From the NCBI RefSeq assembly GCF_000015945.1, contig NC_009033.1, forward strand, positions 360,001 through 392,000: a stretch of 32,000 bases of DNA, read 5' to 3'. The notes below the pieces were generated by a model. That model ran no database searches, was not told where the DNA came from, and saw nothing but the letters and a program-made list of their open reading frames with translations. This DNA is from Staphylothermus marinus F1. Its GTDB lineage: Archaea; Thermoproteota; Thermoprotei_A; Sulfolobales; Desulfurococcaceae. Positions 26,116-32,000 of this stretch are shown in pieces. A program made the position numbers and the translations under genes. Positions within the stretch are counted from its first letter, which is position 1. Each line of letters opens with the position of its first letter.

Positions 26116-27156
26116 ATGAGGATTCAACCACTACAAGCATACATTATCATGTTATTAACTATAACAGCTTTACTATTCAATACTATACCAGTTCATAGTA
26201 TCAATAATGGAAACGGATTATTTATAGTGGTCTCATTTCCTAATCTCATCAGTGATATTAAACAATTAATTACCGATCATGATCGAGTAGTATCCGTAGC
26301 TCCTCAGGGAATAGACCCGCATGAATATAGTTTAACGCCTAAAAACGTAGAAGATCTCGAAAAAGCAGATATAATAATATCTCTAGCACATGCACCATTC
26401 GAGAAGAGAATACATGACCTATATGTTGAGGGGAAACTTAAAGGAGTCTTAATAGAGATACCATATATTCCAGGAATAATTATTCGTGAAAATCCAGCTA
26501 CACATATGCCCGATTACCACATGATCATTTATGATCCATTCAATTATATTATATTCATAAAATATGTTGCACAAAAAATGAGCGAGCTAAATCCAGAGTA
26601 TAAAACATATTATTTGGATAAGGCAAGGGAAGTTATTAGAAACGTATCAGATATTATTGCTAAAACCCCCCAGTTAAACATGGTTGGCGTAGCAGATACT
26701 CCTGTAACTGTTTACTCTGTTGAATGGCTCGGGATCGATATCAAGTATCTCTTGGTAAAAGAACATGGTGTGCAAATGACTCCTCAAGACCTCATAAACG
26801 TTGAAAACAGTATGAAGAACAAGACAATTCAAGTAGCTATAGTGACAGAACCAGCTGTATCGCAAGCATCAAAGAAACTACTTGAACTAGCGAATAAATA
26901 CTCTATCCCCATAATACATGTTCCTTCACCTCTTTCACAACAATCTATTCCAGCTAAACTATCCGTTATAAGTAAAGAAGTAATTAGTTTATCTATAAAT
27001 AAGTCATTTATTAATATAAACACTATTACTCCTTCCAGTAGTGTAGAAGAATCAAGTATTTTCTGGTCTAAATATTACAATGACTTAGTATTATTCATAA
27101 TAGGCTCTATTATTGTTGCTCTAACTATTTATGAAATAATTAGGAGGAATCCATGA
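26116..27156 (+). CDS. znuA: Metal ABC transporter substrate-binding protein, TroA/ZnuA-like, with C-terminal TM anchor
   Basis: ATG at 26116 gives the signal-like MRIQPLQAYIIMLLTITALLFNTIPVHS. GIDPHEYSLTPKNVEDLEKADIIIS matches the DPHxY...AD motif of cluster-9 binding proteins. Ser-rich segment, then C-terminal TM LVLFIIGSIIVALTIY. Confidence 0.75.
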   Translation: MRIQPLQAYIIMLLTITALLFNTIPVHSINNGNGLFIVVSFPNLISDIKQLITDHDRVVSVAPQGIDPHEYSLTPKNVEDLEKADIIISLAHAPFEKRIHDLYVEGKLKGVLIEIPYIPGIIIRENPATHMPDYHMIIYDPFNYIIFIKYVAQKMSELNPEYKTYYLDKAREVIRNVSDIIAKTPQLNMVGVADTPVTVYSVEWLGIDIKYLLVKEHGVQMTPQDLINVENSMKNKTIQVAIVTEPAVSQASKKLLELANKYSIPIIHVPSPLSQQSIPAKLSVISKEVISLSINKSFININTITPSSSVEESSIFWSKYYNDLVLFIIGSIIVALTIYEIIRRNP

Positions 27157-28019
27157 TGAAGGATAAACTATACATTATACTTATAATATTGATTACATTA
27201 TACAGTTTCCTTTTATCCTATATTTATAATCCAATATGGGTTATAGTAATGGTTTCTGCAGGAATAGCTTATGGCTTTATGAGTAATATAGTATCCGTTA
27301 GGAAACTATATTTCTTAGCGGGAGCATCTCCTCATGCAGCATTATTCGCTGTTGTCTTATCTATTCCTATCGCATACTACTTATTTAGTGGTGCACAGTT
27401 TATCTTGTCTATAATTATAGGTTTACTGCTCATATATCTTGTCGGCTATAGTATTTATAAAGGAATAAATACTGATATAGCGACAGCTGTTTTTGTGGGA
27501 TTCACTGCTGCCGGCAGTGTTATTGTTGCTTATTATGTATTGATAAATTATCCTATAGAATTTGATCTTACAGCGCTTATCCTAGGCGATCCCTTGCTTA
27601 CAAGTTTCTCTGACGCACTCATTGCTCTAACAATTGCGGCTATATCTGGATTACTTATCATATTAACATATAGAGAGCAATTATCTATTGGGATAAATCG
27701 TGAATCAGCATATTTAGCTGGTATAAATGTGAAGATCTACGATTTAGTTGTTTTTACATTACTAGGATTAACAGCTATTGGATTACTTAGAATGGTAGGT
27801 TATATTTTAGAGCATGTACTAATACTTTTACCAGCAAGTATTGCTTTATCATCTGCTAGAAGTGCTTACCAAGCTCTCAGGATAAGTGTATTAACAGCTT
27901 TAACAGCTTCTTTGATAGGTTTACATCTCGGCATAATATTTGATCTAGCACCGTCAGGTTTAACCGGGTTAATACTGCTAATATATTATTTGCTAGCCTT
28001 AATAGGCGGTAAGAGATGA
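27153..28019 (+). CDS. znuB: Metal ABC transporter permease, ABC-3 family (ZnuB/TroC/D-like)
   Basis: Highly hydrophobic multi-TM protein of about 290 aa. ATGA overlap with the binding-protein gene. Sits in a metal ABC operon. Confidence 0.8.
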   Translation: MMKDKLYIILIILITLYSFLLSYIYNPIWVIVMVSAGIAYGFMSNIVSVRKLYFLAGASPHAALFAVVLSIPIAYYLFSGAQFILSIIIGLLLIYLVGYSIYKGINTDIATAVFVGFTAAGSVIVAYYVLINYPIEFDLTALILGDPLLTSFSDALIALTIAAISGLLIILTYREQLSIGINRESAYLAGINVKIYDLVVFTLLGLTAIGLLRMVGYILEHVLILLPASIALSSARSAYQALRISVLTALTASLIGLHLGIIFDLAPSGLTGLILLIYYLLALIGGKR

Positions 28020-28426
28020 GCGGTAAGAGAAGATTCGGCGTCTCAATACCATCAAATATAGCTGAAGCATTAGATAAGCTTGCAGAATTAACAGGCTCTG
28101 ATCGATCAAGCATTGTCGCTGAAGCTCTAAGAACCTATCTACACGATCACCTCCACTATATGGTTCCACATAAATGTACTGGTTTCATAATAGTTGTTAA
28201 TAAGGAGAAAAACATTTCCGCCAGTATAGTAATTGATAAGTTCAAAGACATCATTCAAAACTACAACCATACACATTACAGAGGTAAATGTATAGAAATA
28301 TTCTTTGTCAGTGGTTATAGTGGTAGAATTGCTGAGCTAGATAAAAAACTTAGATCAATGGGTTGTAGTGTCAGATATATACCTTTACAGACTACTACTA
28401 ATATAGAGGAGGAAAAGAAGGAGTAA
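28016..28426 (+). CDS. nikR: NikR-family metalloregulator (ribbon-helix-helix plus C-terminal metal-binding domain)
   Basis: N-terminal RHH RFGVSIPSNIAEALDKLAELTGSDRSSIVAEALRTYL. The C-terminal domain carries H85-x-H87-x4-C92 (NHTHYRGKC). ATGA overlap with the permease gene. Confidence 0.7.
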   Translation: MSGKRRFGVSIPSNIAEALDKLAELTGSDRSSIVAEALRTYLHDHLHYMVPHKCTGFIIVVNKEKNISASIVIDKFKDIIQNYNHTHYRGKCIEIFFVSGYSGRIAELDKKLRSMGCSVRYIPLQTTTNIEEEKKE

Positions 28427-28428
28427 AT

Positions 28429-29307
28429 ATGAAGCATATAGTGGAATATGTATTCAAACCTGTTAAAGCTTATTGGTTCACTAAGCCTCTCATAGACTTA
28501 TTATGGCGTAGTCGAGGAGTGGTTGAAGCAACTTTTGATCTAGGACTTACATGGCGCGAGATCAGAGTCTATGACGGCTATTTAGTAATTGATGGATACA
28601 AGATCTATTTAGAAGAAGTAACTCCTTCAGAGCCAGATAGAGTAGTAGTATATAGGAGAGATACTGGAAAAATATACGAAGTTATTAGAAGAAGTAATGG
28701 AAACTATTATAAATTGAAAACTACCGGAATAGATAAAGCACCCACCGTTGAAATTAACGGTATACACATGCATAGAATAGTAGGGGTCGATCCATGGAGT
28801 GATTCAAGAATAAAAGCTAGAACCGCTAAGGTTAGGAAAGGAGATAGAGTATTAGATACTTGTATGGGTCTCGGATACACAGCTATACACTCATATCTTC
28901 GAGGGGCTCGAATTATCTATACAGTAGAGATCGATCCCAATATTATATGGATAGCAGAACATAATCCTTGGAGCCATGGATTATCCAATAATGGAATAAC
29001 AATTATACAAGGCAACATAATTGATGTTATCCAGTATTTTGAGGAGAACTACTTTGATAAAATAATACATGACCCCCCAAGATTCTCTACGAGAACAGGA
29101 GACTTGTACGGGTTAGATCTCTACAAGGAATTTTATAGAGTACTTAAGCCGGGGGGAATACTTTATCACTATACAGGCGAGCCTCGGAGACATGGTAGTC
29201 CAAGCATTGTTAAGGGTATAGGTGAAAGACTCCGCTTAGCAGGTTTTCACCCAGTAGTATATAGGGTTAAAGCTCAAGGCTACATAGCTTATAAATCAAT
29301 ATACTAA
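28429..29307 (+). CDS. Class I SAM-dependent methyltransferase (predicted archaeal methyltransferase, COG2521-like)
   Basis: Motif I VLDTCMGLGYTAI and motif IV IIHDPPRF. The ATG lies 2 nt after the nikR-like stop. Confidence 0.7.
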   Translation: MKHIVEYVFKPVKAYWFTKPLIDLLWRSRGVVEATFDLGLTWREIRVYDGYLVIDGYKIYLEEVTPSEPDRVVVYRRDTGKIYEVIRRSNGNYYKLKTTGIDKAPTVEINGIHMHRIVGVDPWSDSRIKARTAKVRKGDRVLDTCMGLGYTAIHSYLRGARIIYTVEIDPNIIWIAEHNPWSHGLSNNGITIIQGNIIDVIQYFEENYFDKIIHDPPRFSTRTGDLYGLDLYKEFYRVLKPGGILYHYTGEPRRHGSPSIVKGIGERLRLAGFHPVVYRVKAQGYIAYKSIY

Positions 29308-29660
29308 CTGATAAGCTCTTCAAGATTCTTTGAAAAACCAGGTCTTAGTTCTCCAAGCTTCTTCTTCAATTCCTCTCGTAGATGAGATGCTAAATTATAG
29401 CATCCACTCCTATACTCTAAGAAGTTATCGCGTAACAATCTATTAATAGCTCTTCCAATCTCGAGCTCTATAATTACATCATCAAATTCGGGAACAAGAT
29501 CAGGATCTCTGAGTCTCTTAACTTCCTCTCTTAACTCAATAATAGCTATTATTTCTCCAACACTAATATGCTTCAGAAAATAATCCATTACAAGCCGCTC
29601 AAGCTTTGAGAGCTTCAATATATCTTTAAGGCTTGGTTTTTTCTCCTCCATTCTCTTCAT
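29304..29660 (-). CDS. Small hypothetical protein (118 aa), possible wHTH
   Basis: ATG at 29660 lies 3 nt after AGGTGA and 17 nt downstream of the preceding minus-strand gene. No firm motif. Confidence 0.5.
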   Translation of the reverse strand: MKRMEEKKPSLKDILKLSKLERLVMDYFLKHISVGEIIAIIELREEVKRLRDPDLVPEFDDVIIELEIGRAINRLLRDNFLEYRSGCYNLASHLREELKKKLGELRPGFSKNLEELIS

Positions 29661-29677
29661 CCTTCACCTATAATTCC

Positions 29678-30652
29678 TCAATAATACCATGTGTTATAAT
29701 ATATGTGTTCCTTTACCATGAAATTATTGTTTCTCCTAGCCATACATATTTGTTTAAATAAGCATTGATCACAGAGGGGAGGCTTATCTCTTAAACAAAT
29801 TTTTCTCCCCATAATCCATAAATAATCATCTATTACCCCGGGATCTATTCCGGATTTCAAGGCTACAATACGGTAAGCTCTACGAATATTTAATCTCAAC
29901 AGTATATCTTCTTCTCTATCAACTTCTACTCCTTTCTTGATCTTATTCCACAGGTTTCCAGAAACCATTACTAATCCTATCCTGTAAGCTATACGGGATA
30001 AGTGATTATCTATTATGGGATCAAGTCTATCTCTAGGATTAAATAATCCCCGTGCAATAATGAATTTCGCAAATAACAGAGGCTTCTTCTCAACAGGGTC
30101 CTCATATGCCCTAAACACTCTTAGATTATCCACTAAGCCTGGCTCATCTATTGTTCCACGAATCAAATTATTGCTTCTACTCAGCAATTCCTCTACACTA
30201 CCATTGAATAGCTTCAACAATTTTACACCCAGATCTCTTAGAAGAAACGCTCTAATCTCTGGATCAGGAGGTTCAGCACCTCCTATACTTAGCCATTTCT
30301 TAACATCATCAATAGTTATTTTTGAAAGATTTTCTGGAGAGAAAAAGCTTGGGTCATTATCGTATTTTATTTTTCCAAGCCTATATAAGAGATCGGCTCC
30401 ATGATAACAATCATCGTTTGGTAAGCATGCCTCATATGGTTTCCCAGGCCTACTAAGCCTGTGATCCATTGCAACCATTACAATAAAATATCTAAGAACA
30501 TCTTCTCTATCATCCTTTTGAGACGGATAAAATCTTTCATCAAACAAATCCAAAATCTCCAATCTATCCTTCATCTTAGAAAGAATTCGAGCCATTCTCT
30601 CAGCAATCCTAGTATCGATACCTATAACCTCCAATAATACATACACCCTCAA
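29678..30652 (-). CDS. HhH-GPD superfamily-like protein (EndoIII/QNG1-like core) with C-terminal 4-Cys iron-sulfur cluster loop
   Basis: IDNHLSRIAYRIGLV resembles the VDTHVxRVxxRLGL block of endonuclease III. The C-terminal C-x7-C-x2-C-x5-C (CLRDKPPLCDQCLFKQIC) resembles the EndoIII Fe-S cluster loop, which is C-x6-C-x2-C-x5-C. The listed start is a TTG and the exact start is uncertain. Confidence 0.5.
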   Translation of the reverse strand: MRVYVLLEVIGIDTRIAERMARILSKMKDRLEILDLFDERFYPSQKDDREDVLRYFIVMVAMDHRLSRPGKPYEACLPNDDCYHGADLLYRLGKIKYDNDPSFFSPENLSKITIDDVKKWLSIGGAEPPDPEIRAFLLRDLGVKLLKLFNGSVEELLSRSNNLIRGTIDEPGLVDNLRVFRAYEDPVEKKPLLFAKFIIARGLFNPRDRLDPIIDNHLSRIAYRIGLVMVSGNLWNKIKKGVEVDREEDILLRLNIRRAYRIVALKSGIDPGVIDDYLWIMGRKICLRDKPPLCDQCLFKQICMARRNNNFMVKEHIYYNTWYY

Positions 30653-30754
30653 GATTAGATTGATTATTCTGTTATGATGTTAATCTACATCATAGATTTA
30701 TTCTCTCTATAACATTAATATCTTTAATAGATAGGGTTTTCATGGAGGAAGAAT

Positions 30755-31264
30755 TTGACAATAAAATCCCTGATTGGTTTCATAGATAGGGATCATTTCG
30801 AAATCGATGAAGCACTCGTTATAGGGGGTATTAAAAGCGTCTATATAAATACGAAATACTTGACAGTTATAGGATTTGTTAATGTAAAGAATTTGTTAGT
30901 AACTAAGAATTTACTAGTTATAGGTGGTGGTAGGATAAAGAAGCTTGTGGGAGAAAACATTATATTGAAAACTGATGATGCCCCGCTCATTATAGATGAG
31001 CTGAAAGCTAAAGAAGCATATCTGCTAGGCGGAAAACACCCAGTAATCATTTATGATGCTTTATTATTTTCTACTTTTCTAAAACATGCATTGATCAATA
31101 AATTGAAAGCAAAGAAAATAATTTTCTCTAGCAGAGCGAGAGTTAAGGTTCTAGCTGATTGTGATGAACTATATTTTATTGATCCACATACGTATATTGA
31201 AGAATTTCAGTGCAAACCCAGCAAGTATGTTTTTAAATATGAAGTAGTCGAAGAATCTAAGTAA
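30755..31264 (+). CDS. Hypothetical protein (169 aa), possibly beta-helical
   Basis: TTG start. Repetitive V/I-G-rich strands (VIGGIKSVYINTKYLTVIGFVNVKNLLVTKNLLVIGGG). No family recognised. Confidence 0.4.
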   Translation: MTIKSLIGFIDRDHFEIDEALVIGGIKSVYINTKYLTVIGFVNVKNLLVTKNLLVIGGGRIKKLVGENIILKTDDAPLIIDELKAKEAYLLGGKHPVIIYDALLFSTFLKHALINKLKAKKIIFSSRARVKVLADCDELYFIDPHTYIEEFQCKPSKYVFKYEVVEESK

Positions 31265-31321
31265 ATATTTCTGATCACTGATCAACAAGGTATTCTATGA
31301 AAAATAATTATTTCTTACAAT

Positions 31322-31990
31322 TCATTGCTTAGGTGTGTATGTTTTTAATGGTTCTCCGTTAATGATAGCGTATACTTCGACATAGTCTTTTAGAGGAGTT
31401 GTTTTTATCTTTGGCATTAATACTTCGTCTACTTGGAATATGCCTGCTCTTTCATTCATGTGTACCATGATCTTTATCGGTACTTTTTCGCCTGGTACTA
31501 CTTCTACTTTCTTAATGCTCAGCGCTGATACACTATGTATTGATATTCCTCCTAAACGATAGGGGACCCTGGCTCTACCTTCAGCCATGTCTAAGCCATC
31601 GCCAACACCAACGCATCCTGCTTCAATTGTTAAGCAGACAGCATCGTATGCTGTGCAGAATATGCTGTGCATTATTTCTTGTCTCAACATTATCCTTGTT
31701 CTTTGATCATCTATTATCTTCTCTAATGCTCTATCAATTATTGGTTTAGCAAGTAGTGCCCCTATTTTTTCGTGTAGGTCTCTATGTATAGAATTACCTA
31801 TGTCGTGTAGTAGGGCTCCATATAGTGGCACAATCCATGCATATTCAGGATCATCTACTACTTTATCCCTGATAAGCGTTGATTTAATCCCTGAGTTGAG
31901 TAGTAGTTGGTATAGATAAAGTGCTGCACCAGCAGCTATTTGTGCATGTACTGGTCCATGATCATTGTATTTCAGCCTCTTAACAGCCAT
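31322..31990 (-). CDS. HD-domain metal-dependent phosphohydrolase
   Basis: NDHGPVHAQ and LLHDIGNSIHRDLHE supply the H...HD...H ligand pattern. There is no in-frame stop between 31990 and the window end, so the gene could extend further upstream. Confidence 0.7.
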   Translation of the reverse strand: MAVKRLKYNDHGPVHAQIAAGAALYLYQLLLNSGIKSTLIRDKVVDDPEYAWIVPLYGALLHDIGNSIHRDLHEKIGALLAKPIIDRALEKIIDDQRTRIMLRQEIMHSIFCTAYDAVCLTIEAGCVGVGDGLDMAEGRARVPYRLGGISIHSVSALSIKKVEVVPGEKVPIKIMVHMNERAGIFQVDEVLMPKIKTTPLKDYVEVYAIINGEPLKTYTPKQ

Positions 31991-32000
31991 AATATTAGAC

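Noticed and set aside
28429-29307. Methyltransferase as part of a restriction-modification system
   Set aside because: There is no adjacent endonuclease or specificity subunit. The gene is co-oriented with, and abuts, a metal-transport operon. Its size and motifs fit the widely conserved archaeal COG2521-like methyltransferases as well.

Overview
This looks like an AT-rich prokaryotic chromosome segment, most consistent with a hyperthermophilic crenarchaeon. That assignment is an inference from four things: an archaea-specific Nre-type protein, Thr/Pro-rich stalks plus membrane anchors on solute-binding proteins, GGTGA-type Shine-Dalgarno motifs, and oligo-T terminators. I support 32 protein-coding regions. 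By eye I found no rRNA, tRNA, CRISPR array, transposase or integrase.

Gene order:
- a partial unknown gene
- a pyruvate carboxylase B / oxaloacetate decarboxylase alpha-type biotin enzyme
- a five-gene Opp/Dpp peptide ABC transporter (minus strand)
- two orphan hypothetical genes
- an Nre plus radical-SAM (SplB-like) pair
- a wHTH fused to a beta-helical repeat domain
- a small ferredoxin
- an FG-GAP gene fragment
- a cysteine synthase-family enzyme
- a three-subunit molybdenum hydroxylase (FAD, 2Fe-2S and Moco subunits)
- a very AT-rich four-gene operon of unknown function that ends in a Pol-beta-type nucleotidyltransferase
- a DUF711-like protein
- a divergent TroA/Znu-type metal ABC transporter whose operon also carries a NikR-like regulator and a methyltransferase
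- an EndoIII/HhH-GPD-like Fe-S protein with a small partner
- a hypothetical protein
- an HD-domain protein

The best candidate for an undescribed system is the nucleotidyltransferase-anchored operon at 21189-24033. Secondary leads:
- the translationally coupled Nre/radical-SAM module
- a perfect dyad in the metal-transporter divergent promoter
- conserved N-termini with no canonical start codon
- a 63-nt identical tract shared by the two Opp ATPase genes

All family calls rest on motifs read by eye. No database search was run.
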